Below are positions 21,592 through 37,092 of a DNA stretch of 64,000 nucleotides, piece after piece. Under the pieces are notes generated by a model. The model made no database searches and was not told the origin of the DNA. It worked only from the letters and a program-made list of their open reading frames with translations. Each line of letters starts with the position of its first letter. The first letter of the stretch is position 1. The DNA is taken from contig NC_083440.1 of the NCBI RefSeq assembly GCF_020745735.1, positions 27,485,278-27,549,277 on the forward strand. Reading direction: 5' to 3'. The translations under genes were made by a program, and so were the position numbers. This stretch comes from Hemiscyllium ocellatum (lineage: Eukaryota).

Positions 21592-22775
21592 TGTTATAAG
21601 TGATTTCTGTATAGCCTTTCTGAATCTCCGGAGAATAGTTCCTGACACTTGGTTAACTATTCTAACTCTAGGGATCTGATTCAGAACAACCGGGTCCTGC
21701 CTCCGAACTCTGCCAACCGCGGACTGTCCTTTAACCCTTGTATCAAGGGAGACTGTCCGCAAGGTTAAGTTCAAAAAGGCGAACTCCAAGTTGACTGGTA
21801 TCAGTCCTTATCCCCACCGGCTATCACTTCTCCCGTGGCAAATCGAAATACTGCGAGACACACACAAACGGAGCAACAGATGTTTATTCAATCTTTGAAG
21901 ATTGGGCGAGTTTCCAAAAAAGACTTCAGAAATTGCAACGGGAGATTTTACAGCACTAATACATATACATTATTTTTCCCTTCAAATACATTGGTGATAA
22001 TTTCATTGGTTTAAACATCTCACGCTATGGATTTTCTTACATTAAAAATCATTAATGACAATTCCATTGGTTAAAGCATTTCACGCTTTTCTCTGCCAAT
22101 TTCTTTAATTAAAATGTTATATTCTTTTACAATTTCTGCTATTTGGTACATTCCCTTATCTTCATGTTCTACTAGTTATAACATTTATTGATTTTTGTGT
22201 ATGTCATGAAAAGAGCTTTCATTGTATTTTGGCCTCTGTGTCTAACTGAAGCATTCCTTGGTTTCTTGCCCAAGGTTACCATGTTCCTGGCTTTACAGAG
22301 GTGACTTACAGTTCATGCTTCTTTATGGCCTTAGTAAATTATTAGTCTTACAATTTCAACGTTTATTCATTAAATTTCTGTTTTAGTATAGAAATTNNNN
22401 NNNNNNNNNNNNNNNNNNNNNNNNNNNNNNNNNNNNNNNNNNNNNNNNNNNNNNNNNNNNNNNNNNNNNNNNNNNNNNNNNNNNNNNNNNNNNNNNNNNN
22501 NNNNNNNNNNNNNNNNNNNNNNNNNNNNNNNNNNNNNNNNNNNNNNNNNNNNNNNNNNNNNNNNNNNNNNNNNNNNNNNNNNNNNNNNCTAGTGTGTATA
22601 TGTGTGTGGGTCTTAGTGTGTCTTTGTATGNNNNNNNNNNNNNNNNNNNNNNNNNNNNNNNNNNNNNNNNNNNNNNNNNNNNNNNNNNNNNNNNNNNNNN
22701 NNNNNNNNNNNNNNNNNNNNNNNNNNNNNNNNNNNNNNNNNNNNNNNNNNNNNNNNNNNNNNNNNNACCATATCA
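21592..22775 (-). repeat. ERV 5' LTR (partly N)
   Basis: Same termini as the 3' LTR. N runs cover its TG-rich part. Confidence 0.9.
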
Positions 22776-23039
22776 AGATCAGGGATGTTTATAAGATTTG
22801 CTTGTGGTTCATCTGTGTTCTGATAACAGTTGGTAATAAATTTTTAATTTGTGTTTAAGTTATAAACTTGGTGTCCATGATCTGTTTTTTTTTTGGAAAT
22901 TCCGGTGAGGAACAATTGAACGGCTGAATCCAGTGATGGGGAGGCTGATTGGGTTTGGCTTGTCTGCCCGGTGTCAGAAGTGGACTCTGTCGGGTAATGC
23001 CTGGATCTTCGGAGACTGGAACACAAGGCACTGTTGGAA

Positions 23040-23240
23040 GTCCAACGACACCAGGTTATAGTCCAACAGGTTCATTTGGAATCAGAAACTTTCTCAGCAA
23101 TCCTCCTTTGTCAGATGAAGTCAAGAAAGGGGGCAGTGCTCCAAAAGCTAGTGCTTCCGACTAAACCCATGTGACTATAACCTGGTGTCATGTGACTTCT
23201 GACCTTGTCCACCCCAGTCCAACTCTGGCACCTCCACATC
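23040..23240. mobile_element. Decayed PLE-type terminal palindrome, copy 1
   Basis: Perfect 17-bp inverted arms gacaccaggttatagtc (23047-23063) and gactataacctggtgtc (23173-23189) enclose degenerate hammerhead-like sequence. Confidence 0.6.
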
Positions 23241-26200
23241 ATGACAAACACTGTAATCATGGACGCAGAAACTATGGATACGGTAACTATCGACACGATA
23301 ATTACGGACACGGTAACTATGGACACAGTAACTATGGACATGGTAACAATGGGCACAGTAATTACGGACACGATAACTATGAACACGGTAACTATGGACA
23401 CGGTAACTATGGACATGATAACTATGGACACGATAACTATGGACACGGTAACTACGGACATGATAACTATGGACACGATAATTATGGACACAGCAACTAT
23501 GGACATGATAATTATGGACATGGTAACTATGATCATGGTAACTATGGACACGGTAATTATGGACACAGCAACTATGGACATGATAATTATGGACATGGTA
23601 ACTATGATCATGGTAACTATGGACACGGTAATTATGGATACGGTAACTATGGACATGGTAACTATGGACACGGTAACTAAGGACACAGAAACAATGGAGA
23701 GGGTAACTATGGACATGAAAGTTATGGACACAGTAGCTATGGACACGGTAACTATGGACACAACAATTCTGAACATGGTAACTATTGACACGGTAATTAT
23801 TGACACGCTAATTATGGAGACGGTAACTATCGACATGGTAACTATGGAGTAGGTAACTATGGAGATGATAATTATGGACACATCAACTGTAGACAGGATA
23901 ATTATGGACATGGTAACTATGGACACGGTAAATATGGAAATGGTAATTATGATCACGGTAACGATGGACATGGTAACTATGGACACGGTAACTAAGGACA
24001 CAGAAACAATGGACAGGGTAACTATGGACACGATAATTGTGGATGCGGTAACTATGGACACAGTAACTATGGGGCCGGTAGCTTATGGACATGGTAACTA
24101 TGGACATAACAATTCTGAACACAGTAACTATGGACACGGTAACTATACACATGGTAACTATAAACACGACAATTCTGAACACGGTAACTGTGGACATGAA
24201 AGTTATGGACACGGTAACTATGGACACAGTAACTATGGATACGGTAACTGTGGACATGATAATAATGGACACGGTAACTATGGACAGGGTAACTATGGAC
24301 ACAGTAACTATGGACATGATAACTATGGACACGGGAGCTTTTGACACAGTAACTATGGAGCCGGAAGTTATGGACACGGTAACTATGGACACGGTAATTA
24401 TGTACACGGACACTATTGACACAGTATCTATGGAGCCGGAAGCTATGGACACGGTAACTATGGACACGGTAACTAAGGACACAGTAATTATGCACATGGT
24501 AACTATGAACATGACAATTCTGAACACGGTAACTATGGACACGGTAACGATGGATACAGTACCTATAGACATGGTAACTATGGATATGGAAACTATCAAC
24601 AAGGTAACTATGGATACGGTAATTATGCTGATGGTAACTATGGACACAGTAACTATGGATACAGTAACTATGGACATGGCAACTATGGACAAAATAATGG
24701 ACATGGTAATTATGGATACGGTAAATATGAACACGGTAACTATGGATACGTTAATTATGGACAGGGTAACTATGGACATGATAATTATGGATACGGTAAG
24801 TATGGATACAATAATTAGGGACATGGCAATTATGGACATAGTAACTATGGATTCGGTAAATATGGACATGGTAACTAAGGACAAGGTAACTATGGACACG
24901 ATAACCATGGACACAGTAACTATTGACACGGTAAGTATGGACAGGGTAACTATGGACACAGTAACTATGGACATAGTAACTATGGACACGGTAACTATGG
25001 ACACGGTAACAATGGACATGATAACCATGCACACGATTACTATGGACACGGCAAATATGGACATGGCAAATATGGACACGGTAACTATGGACACGGTAAC
25101 TATGGAAACGGTAACTATGGACACTATGGACACAGTAACTATGGACATAGTAAGTATGGACACGGTAACTATGGACACGGTAACAATGGACATGATAACC
25201 ATGCACACGATTACTATGGACATGGCAAATATGGACACAGCAAATATGGACACGGTAACTATGGACACGGTAACTATGGAAACGGTAACTATGGACACGG
25301 TAACAATGGACATGATAACCATGCACACAATTACTATGGACACGGCTAATATGCACACGGCAAATATGGACATGGTAACTTGGTCACAGTAAATATGGAC
25401 ACGATAACCATGGACGCGGTAACTATTGACACAGTAACTATGGACACGATAACCATGCACACGGTAACCATGGACATGGTAACTATGGACACGGTAACTA
25501 TGGACTCAGTAAATATGGACACGGTAACTACGGTCACGATAATTACGGATGCGATAATTATGTCCACGGTAAATCTGGACATGGTAATCATGGACATGGT
25601 AACTATGGATGCGGTAACTATGGACACAATAACTATGGGCACGGTAAATATGGGTACGGTAACTATGGATACAATAATTATGGACACAGTAACTATGGAC
25701 ACAGTAACAATGGATTCAGTAACTATGGATATGGTAACTAAGGACAAGGTAACTATGGACACAATAACCATGGACACGGTAAGAATGGACACGATAATTA
25801 TGGACACGGTAACTATGGACACGGTAACTATGGACATGCTAACTATGGACACAGTAACTGTGGACATGATAAACATGCACACGATTACTATGGACACGGT
25901 AACTATGGTCACGATAATTACAGATGCGATAATTAAGTACACGGTAATTATGGACATGGTAATCATGGCCATGTTAACTATGGATGCGGTATCTATGGAC
26001 ACAGTAACTGTGGGCACGGTAACTATTGCTACGGTAACTATGGGCACAGTAACTATGACTACGGTAACTATGGATACAATAATTATGGACATGGTAACTA
26101 TGGACACAGTAACAATGGATTCAGTAACTACGGACATGGTAACTAAGGACAAGGTAACTATGGACACAATAACCATGGACACGGTAATTATGGACACGAT

Positions 26201-26681
26201 AATTATGGACACGGTAACTATGGACACGGTAACTATGGACATGATAAACATGCACACGATTACTATGGACACGGTAACTATGGTCACGATAATTACAGAT
26301 GCGATAATTAAGTACACGGTAATTATGGACATGGTAATCATGGCCATGTTAACTATGGATGCGGTATCTATTGACACAGTAACTGTGGGCACGGTAACTA
26401 TTGCTACGGTAACTATGGGCACAGTAACTATGACTACGGTAACTATGGATACAATAATTATGGACATGGTAACTATGGACACAGTAACAATGGATTCAGT
26501 AACTACGGACATGGTAACTAAGGACAAGGTAACTATGGACACAGTAACCATGGACACGGTAATTATGGACACGATAATTATGGAAACGGTAACTATGGAC
26601 ACGGTATTTATGGACATGCTAACTATGGACACAGTAACTATGGACACGGTAACTATGGACATGATAAACATGCACACGATT

Positions 26682-26770
26682 ATGAAGGGCTTATGCTCGA
26701 AACGTTGAATTCTCTATTCCTGAGATGCTGCCTAACCTGCTGTGCTTTGACCAGCAACACATTTGCAGCA
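26682..26770 (+). mobile_element. ~88-bp PLE terminal fragment inserted in the satellite
   Basis: Nearly identical to 4294-4380 (atgaagggcttatgctcgaaacg...acatttgcag). Confidence 0.9.
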
Positions 26771-29700
26771 AGATAACTATGGACACGGTAACTATGGACA
26801 TAGTAACTATGGACATGGTAACTGTGGACATGGTAACTATGGACACGGTAACTATGGACATGCTAACTATGGACATGGTAACTATGGACACTGTAACTAT
26901 GGACATGCTAACTATGGACATGATAAACATGCTCACGATAACCATGTACATGATAACTATGGAGATGGTAAATATTGAGCCGGTAGCTATGGACACAGTA
27001 ACTATGGACACGGTAACTATGGACATGCTAACTATGGACATGGTAACTATGGACACTGTAACTATGGACATGCTAACTATGGACATGATAATCATGCACA
27101 CGCTAACTATGGACATGCTAACTATGGACACCGTAACTATGGACATGCTAACTATAGACACAGTAACCAAGGACATGGTAACTATGGACATGGTAACTAT
27201 GGACACAGTAACTATGGACATGCTAACTATGGACACAATAATTATGGACACGGTAACTATGGATACAGTAAGTATGGATACAGTAAGAATGGGCAGGATA
27301 ACTATGGACATGGTAACTATGGACACGGTAACTATGGACATGATAAACATGCACACGATTACTATGGACACGGTAACTAAGGACATGCTAACTATGGACA
27401 TGATAAACATGCACACGATAACCATGTACATGATAACTATGGACATGGTAAATATGGAGCCGGTAGCTATGGACACAGCAACTATGGACATGCTAACTAT
27501 GGACACGGCTAATATGGACACGATAACTATGGACATGCTAACTATGGACACGGCTAATATGGACACGATAACCATGGACATGCTAACTATGGACACGATA
27601 AACATGCACACAATTACTATGGATACAGTAACTATGGACACGGTAACTATGGACATGGTAACTATGGACACAGTAACTATGGACACGATAACCATGCACA
27701 CGCTAACATTGGACATGCTAACTATGGACACAGTAACTATGGACACGATAACTATGGACATGATAAACATGCACACGATTACTATGGACACGGTAACTAT
27801 GGTCCCCATAATTACGTACATGGTAATTATGGACTTGGTAATCATGGACATGGTAACTATGGATGCGGTAACTATGGGTACAGTAACTATGGACATGGTA
27901 ACTGTGGCCACGGTAAATATGGACACGATAACCATGGACGCGGTAACTATTGACACGGTAATTATGGACAGGGTAACTATGGATGCGATAAGTATGGACA
28001 TGGTAACTATGGACACAGTAACTATGGACATGCTAACTATGGACATGATAAACATGCACACAATTACTATGGATACAGTAACTATGGACACGGTAACTAT
28101 GGACACAGTAACTATGGACATGATAACCATGCACACGCTAACTATGGACATGCTAACTATGGAGACAGTAACTATGGACACGGTAACTATGGACATGATA
28201 ACTATGGAGACAGTAACTATGGACATGGTAACTATGGACACAGTAACTATGGACATGCTAACTATGGACATGCTAACTATGGACATGATAAACATGCATA
28301 CAATTACTATGGATACACTAACTATGGACACGGTCACTATGGACATGATAAACATGCACACGATTACGATGGACACAGTAACTATGGACACGGTAACTAT
28401 GGACATGCTAACTATGGACGTGATAACCATGCACACACTAATTATGGACATGCTAACTATGGACACGGTAACTATGGACATGCTAACTATGGACACGGTA
28501 ACTATGGACATGCTAACTATGGACACAGTAACTATGGACACGGTAGCTATGGACATGATAAACATGCACACGATTACTATGGACACGGTAACGATGGACA
28601 CGGTAACTATGGATATGATGAACATGCACACGATTACTATGGACACGGTAACTATGGTCACGATAATTACAGACGCGATAATTATGTACACAGTAATTAT
28701 GGACTTGGTAATCATGGACATGGTAACTATGGACACAGTAACTATGGACATGCTAACTATGGACATACTAACTATGGACATGATAAACATGCACACAATT
28801 ACTATGGATACACTAACTATGGACACGGTCACTATGGACATGATAAACATGCACATGATTACGATGGACACAGTAACTATGGACACGGTAACTATGGACA
28901 TGGTAACTATGGACATGCTAACTATGGACGTGATAACCATGCACACGCTAACTATGGACATGCTAACTATGGACACGGTAACTATGGACATGCTAACTAT
29001 GGACACAGTAACTATGGACACGGTAGCTATGGACATGATAAACATGCACACGATTACTATGGACACGGTAACGATGGACACGGTAACTATGGATATGATG
29101 AACATGCACACGATTACTATGGACACGGTAACTATGGTCACGATAATTACAGACGCGATAATTATGTACACAGTAATTATGGACTTGGTAATCATGGACA
29201 TGGTAACTATGGACACAGTAACTATGGACATGATAAACATGCACACAATTACTATGGATACACTAACTATGGACACGGTCACTATGGACATGATAAACAT
29301 GCACATGATTACGATGGACACAGTAACTATGGACACGGTAACTATGGACATGGTAACTATGGACATGCTAACTATGGACGTGATAACCATGCACACGCTA
29401 ACTATGGACATGCTAACTATGGACACGGTAACTATGGACATGCTAACTATGGACACAGTAACTATGGACACGGTAGCTATGGACATGATAAACATGCACA
29501 CGATTACTATGGACACGGTAACGATGGACACGGTAACTATGGATATAATGAACATGCACACGATTACTATGGACACGGTAACTATGGACACGGTAACTAT
29601 GGTCACGATAATTACAGACGCGATAATTATGTACACAGTAATTATGGACTTGGTAATCATGGACATGGTAACTATGGATGCGGTAACTATGGACACGGTA

Positions 29701-32700
29701 ACTATGGACATGCTAACTATTGACATGGTAACTATGGACATGGTAACTATGGACACGGTAACTATGGACACGGTAACTATGGACATGATAAACACGCACA
29801 CGATTACTATGGACACGGTAACTAAGGACATGCTAACTATGGACATGATAAACATGCACACGATAACCATGTACATGATAACTATGGACATGGTAAATAT
29901 GGAGCCGGTAGCTATGGACACAGCAACTATGGACATGCTAACTATGGACACGGCTAATATGGACACGATAACTATGGACATGCTAACTATGGACACGGAT
30001 AATATGGACACGATAACCATGGACATGCTAACTATGGACACGATAAACATGCACACAATTACTATGGATACAGTAACTATGGACACGGTAACTATGGACA
30101 TGGTAACTATGGACACAGTAACTATGGACACGATAACCATGCACACGCTAACATTGGACATGCTAACTATGGACACAGTAACTATGGACACGATAACTAT
30201 GGACATGATAAACATGCACACGATTACTATGGACACGGTAACTATGGTCCCCATAATTACGTACATGGTAATTATGGACTTGGTAATCATGGACATGGTA
30301 ACTATGGATGCGGTAACTATGGGTACAGTAACTATGGACATGGTAACTGTGGCCACGGTAAATATGGACACGATAACCATGGACGCGGTAACTATTGACA
30401 CGGTAATTATGGACAGGGTAACTATGGATGCGATAAGTATGGACATGGTAACTATGGACACAGTAACTATGGACATGCTAACTATGGACATGATAAACAT
30501 GCACACAATTACTATGGATACAGTAACTATGGACACGGTAACTATGGACACAGTAACTATGGACATGATAACCATGCACACGCTAACTATGGACATGCTA
30601 ACTATGGAGACAGTAACTATGGACACGGTAATTATGGACATGATAACTATGGAGACAGTAACTATGGACATGGTAACTATGGACACAGTAACTATGGACA
30701 TGCTAACTATGGACATGCTAACTATGGACATGATAAACATGCATACAATTACTATGGATACACTAACTATGGACACGGTCACTATGGACATGATAAACAT
30801 GCACACGATTACGATGGACACAGTAACTATGGACACGGTAACTATGGACATGCTAACTATGGACGTGATAACCATGCACAGACTAATTATGGACATGCTA
30901 ACTATGGACACGGTAACTATGGACATGCTAACTATGGACACAGTAACTATGGACACGGTAGCTATGGACATGATAAACATGCACACGATTACTATGGACA
31001 CGGTAACGATGGACACGGTAACTATGGATATGATGAACATGCACACGATTACTATGGACACGGTAACTATGGTCACGATAATTACAGACGCGATAATTAT
31101 GTACACAGTAATTATGGACTTGGTAATCATGGACATGGTAACTATGGACACAGTAACTATGGACATGATAAACATGCACACAATTACTATGGATACACTA
31201 ACTATGGACACGGTCACTATGGACATGATAAACATGCACATGATTACGATGGACACAGTAACTATGGACACGGTAACTATGGACATGGTAACTATGGACA
31301 TGCTAACTATGGACGTGATAACCATGCACACGCTAACTATGGACATGCTAACTATGGACACGGTAACTATGGACATGCTAACTATGGACACAGTAACTAT
31401 GGACACGGTAGCTATGGACATGATAAACATGCACACGATTACTATGGACACGGTAACTATGGATATAATGAACATGCACACGATTACTATGGACACGGTA
31501 ACTATGGACACGGTAACTATGGTCACGATAATTACAGACGCGATAATTATGTACACAGTAATTATGGACTTGGTAATCATGGACATGGTAACTATGGATG
31601 CGGTAACTATGGACACGGTAACTATGGACATGCTAACTATTGACATGGTAACTATGGACATGGTAACTATGGACACGGTAACTATGGACACGGTAACTAT
31701 GGACATGATAAACACGCACACGATTACTATGGACACAGTAACTATGGACATGCTAACTATAGACATGCTAACTATGGACATGATAAACATGCACACGATA
31801 ACCATGTACATGATAACTATGGACATGGTAAATATGGAGCCGGTAGCTATGGACACAGTAACTATTTACACGGCAAATATGGACACGATAACTATGGACA
31901 TGCTAACTATGGACATGATAAACATGCACACAATTACTATGGATACAGTAACTATGGACACGGTAACTATGGACATGGTGACTATGGACACAGTAACTAT
32001 GGACACGATAACCATGCACACGCTAACATTGGACATGCTAACTTACGACACGGTAACTATGGACTTGGTAATCATGGAGATGGTAACTATGGATGCGGTA
32101 ACTATGGACACGGTAACTATGGACACGGTAACTATGGTCACGATAATTACAGATGCGATAATTATGTACAGGGTAATTATGGACTTGTTAATCATGGACC
32201 TGGTAACTATGGATGTGGTAACTATGGACACAGTAACTATGGGCACAGTAACTATGATTACGGTAACTAGGGATACAATAATTATGGACACAGTAACTAT
32301 GGACATAGTTACAATGGATTCAGTAACTACAGACACTGTAACTATGGATACAGTAACTATGGACATGCTAACTAAGGACAAGGTAACTATCGACATGGTA
32401 ACTACCGTCATGGTAACTATGGACACGGCTAATATGGACACGATAACCATGGACATGCTAACTATGGACACGATAAACATGCACACAATTACTATGGATA
32501 CAGTAACTATGGACACGGTAACTATGGACATGGTAACTATGGACACAGTAACTATGGACACGATAACCATGCACACGCTAACATTGGACATGCTAACTAT
32601 GGACACAGTAACTATGGACACGATAACTATGGACATGATAAACATGCACACGATTACTATGGACACGGTAACTATGGTCCCCATAATTACGTACATGGTA

Positions 32701-35700
32701 ATTATGGACTTGGTAATCATGGACATGGTAACTATGGATGCGGTAACTATGGGTACAGTAACTATGGACATGGTAACTGTGGCCACGGTAAATATGGACA
32801 CGATAACCATGGACGCGGTAACTATTGACACGGTAATTATGGACAGGGTAACTATGGATGCGATAAGTATGGACATGGTAACTATGGACACAGTAACTAT
32901 GGACATGCTAACTATGGACATGATAAACATGCACACAATTACTATGGATACAGTAACTATGGACACGGTAACTATGGACACAGTAACTATGGACATGATA
33001 ACCATGCACACGCTAACTATGGACATGCTAACTATGGAGACAGTAACTATGGACACGGTAACTATGGACATGATAACTATGGAGACAGTAACTATGGACA
33101 TGGTAACTATGGACACAGTAACTATGGACATGCTAACTATGGACATGCTAACTATGGACATGATAAACATGCATACAATTACTATGGATACACTAACTAT
33201 GGACACGGTCACTATGGACATGATAAACATGCACACGATTACGATGGACACAGTAACTATGGACACGGTAACTATGGACATGCTAACTATGGACGTGATA
33301 ACCATGCACACACTAATTATGGACATGCTAACTATGGACACGGTAACTATGGACATGCTAACTATGGACACAGTAACTATGGACACGGTAGCTATGGACA
33401 TGATAAACATGCACACGATTACTATGGACACGGTAACGATGGACACGGTAACTATGGATATGATGAACATGCACACGATTACTATGGACACGGTAACTAT
33501 GGTCACGATAATTACAGACGCGATAATTATGTACACAGTAATTATGGACTTGGTAATCATGGACATGGTAACTATGGACACAGTAACTATGGACATGATA
33601 AACATGCACACAATTACTATGGATACACTAACTATGGACACGGTCACTATGGACATGATAAACATGCACATGATTACGATGGACACAGTAACTATGGACA
33701 CGGTAACTATGGACATGGTAACTATGGACATGCTAACTATGGACGTGATAACCATGCACACGCTAACTATGGACATGCTAACTATGGACACGGTAACTAT
33801 GGACATGCTAACTATGGACACAGTAACTATGGACACGGTAGCTATGGACATGATAAACATGCACACGATTACTATGGACACGGTAACGATGGACACGGTA
33901 ACTATGGATATAATGAACATGCACACGATTACTATGGACACGGTAACTATGGACACGGTAACTATGGTCACGATAATTACAGACGCGATAATTATGTACA
34001 CAGTAATTATGGACTTGGTAATCATGGACATGGTAACTATGGATGCGGTAACTATGGACACGGTAACTATGGACATGCTAACTATTGACATGGTAACTAT
34101 GGACATGGTAACTATGGACACGGTAACTATGGACACGGTAACTATGGACATGATAAACACGCACACGATTACTATGGACACAGTAACTATGGACATGCTA
34201 ACTATAGACATGCTAACTATGGACATGATAAACATGCACACGATAACCATGTACATGATAACTATGGACATGGTAAATATGGAGCCGGTAGCTATGGACA
34301 CAGTAACTATTTACACGGCAAATATGGACACGATAACTATGGACATGCTAACTATGGACATGATAAACATGCACACAATTACTATGGATACAGTAACTAT
34401 GGACACGGTAACTATGGACATGGTGACTATGGACACAGTAACTATGGACACGATAACCATGCACACGCTAACATTGGACATGCTAACTATGGACACGGTA
34501 ACTATGGACTTGGTAATCATGGAGATGGTAACTATGGATGCGGTAACTATGGACACGGTAACTATGGACACGGTAACTATGGTCACGATAATTACAGATG
34601 CGATAATTATGTACAGGGTAATTATGGACTTGTTAATCATGGACCTGGTAACTATGGATGTGGTAACTATGGACACAGTAACTATGGGCACAGTAACTAT
34701 GATTACGGTAACTAGGGATACAATAATTATGGACACAGTAACTATGGACATAGTTACAATGGATTCAGTAACTACAGACACTGTAACTATGGATACAGTA
34801 ACTATGGACATGCTAACTATGGACATGCTAACTATGGACATGATAAACATGCATACAATTACTATGGATACACTAACTATGGACACGGTCACTATGGACA
34901 TGATAAACATGCACACGATTACGATGGACACAGTAACTATGGACACGGTAACTATGGACATGCTAACTATGGACGTGATAACCATGCACACACTAATTAT
35001 GGACATGCTAACTATGGACACGGTAACTATGGACATGCTAACTATGGACACAGTAACTATGGACACGGTAGCTATGGACATGATAAACATGCACACGATT
35101 ACTATGGACACGGTAACGATGGACACGGTAACTATGGATATGATGAACATGCACACGATTACTATGGACACGGTAACTATGGTCACGATAATTACAGACG
35201 CGATAATTATGTACACAGTAATTATGGACTTGGTAATCATGGACATGGTAACTATGGACACAGTAACTATGGACATGCTAACTATGGACATACTAACTAT
35301 GGACATGATAAACATGCACACAATTACTATGGATACACTAACTATGGACACGGTCACTATGGACATGATAAACATGCACATGATTACGATGGACACAGTA
35401 ACTATGGACACGGTAACTATGGACATGGTAACTATGGACATGCTAACTATGGACGTGATAACCATGCACACGCTAACTATGGACATGCTAACTATGGACA
35501 CGGTAACTATGGACATGCTAACTATGGACACAGTAACTATGGACACGGTAGCTATGGACATGATAAACATGCACACGATTACTATGGACACGGTAACGAT
35601 GGACACGGTAACTATGGATATGATGAACATGCACACGATTACTATGGACACGGTAACTATGGTCACGATAATTACAGACGCGATAATTATGTACACAGTA

Positions 35701-37092
35701 ATTATGGACTTGGTAATCATGGACATGGTAACTATGGACACAGTAACTATGGACATGATAAACATGCACACAATTACTATGGATACACTAACTATGGACA
35801 CGGTCACTATGGACATGATAAACATGCACATGATTACGATGGACACAGTAACTATGGACACGGTAACTATGGACATGGTAACTATGGACATGCTAACTAT
35901 GGACGTGATAACCATGCACACGCTAACTATGGACATGCTAACTATGGACACGGTAACTATGGACATGCTAACTATGGACACAGTAACTATGGACACGGTA
36001 GCTATGGACATGATAAACATGCACACGATTACTATGGACACGGTAACGATGGACACGGTAACTATGGATATAATGAACATGCACACGATTACTATGGACA
36101 CGGTAACTATGGACACGGTAACTATGGTCACGATAATTACAGACGCGATAATTATGTACACAGTAATTATGGACTTGGTAATCATGGACATGGTAACTAT
36201 GGATGCGGTAACTATGGACACGGTAACTATGGACATGCTAACTATTGACATGGTAACTATGGACATGGTAACTATGGACACGGTAACTATGGACACGGTA
36301 ACTATGGACATGATAAACACGCACACGATTACTATGGACACGGTAACTAAGGACATGCTAACTATGGACATGATAAACATGCACACGATAACCATGTACA
36401 TGATAACTATGGACATGGTAAATATGGAGCCGGTAGCTATGGACACAGCAACTATGGACATGCTAACTATGGACACGGCTAATATGGACACGATAACTAT
36501 GGACATGCTAACTATGGACACGGATAATATGGACACGATAACCATGGACATGCTAACTATGGACACGATAAACATGCACACAATTACTATGGATACAGTA
36601 ACTATGGACACGGTAACTATGGACATGGTAACTATGGACACAGTAACTATGGACACGATAACCATGCACACGCTAACATTGGACATGCTAACTATGGACA
36701 CAGTAACTATGGACACGATAACTATGGACATGATAAACATGCACACGATTACTATGGACACGGTAACTATGGTCCCCATAATTACGTACATGGTAATTAT
36801 GGACTTGGTAATCATGGACATGGTAACTATGGATGCGGTAACTATGGGTACAGTAACTATGGACATGGTAACTGTGGCCACGGTAAATATGGACACGATA
36901 ACCATGGACGCGGTAACTATTGACACGGTAATTATGGACAGGGTAACTATGGATGCGATAAGTATGGACATGGTAACTATGGACACAGTAACTATGGACA
37001 TGCTAACTATGGACATGATAAACATGCACACAATTACTATGGATACAGTAACTATGGACACGGTAACTATGGACACAGTAACTATGGACATG

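Larger units (their letters stand above)
13945..22775 (-). mobile_element. Defective class I (gamma/epsilon-like) endogenous retrovirus, provirus of ~8.8 kb
   Basis: Two ~1.1-kb TG...CA LTRs, PBS-Pro, PPT, and gag-pol-env remnants in order on the minus strand. Confidence 0.95.

Noticed and set aside
22936-22993. ATG...TCGG|gtaatg as the leader exon of another gene
   Set aside because: The peptide (MGRLIGFGLSARCQKWTLS) has no hydrophobic core and no downstream partner exon was found.
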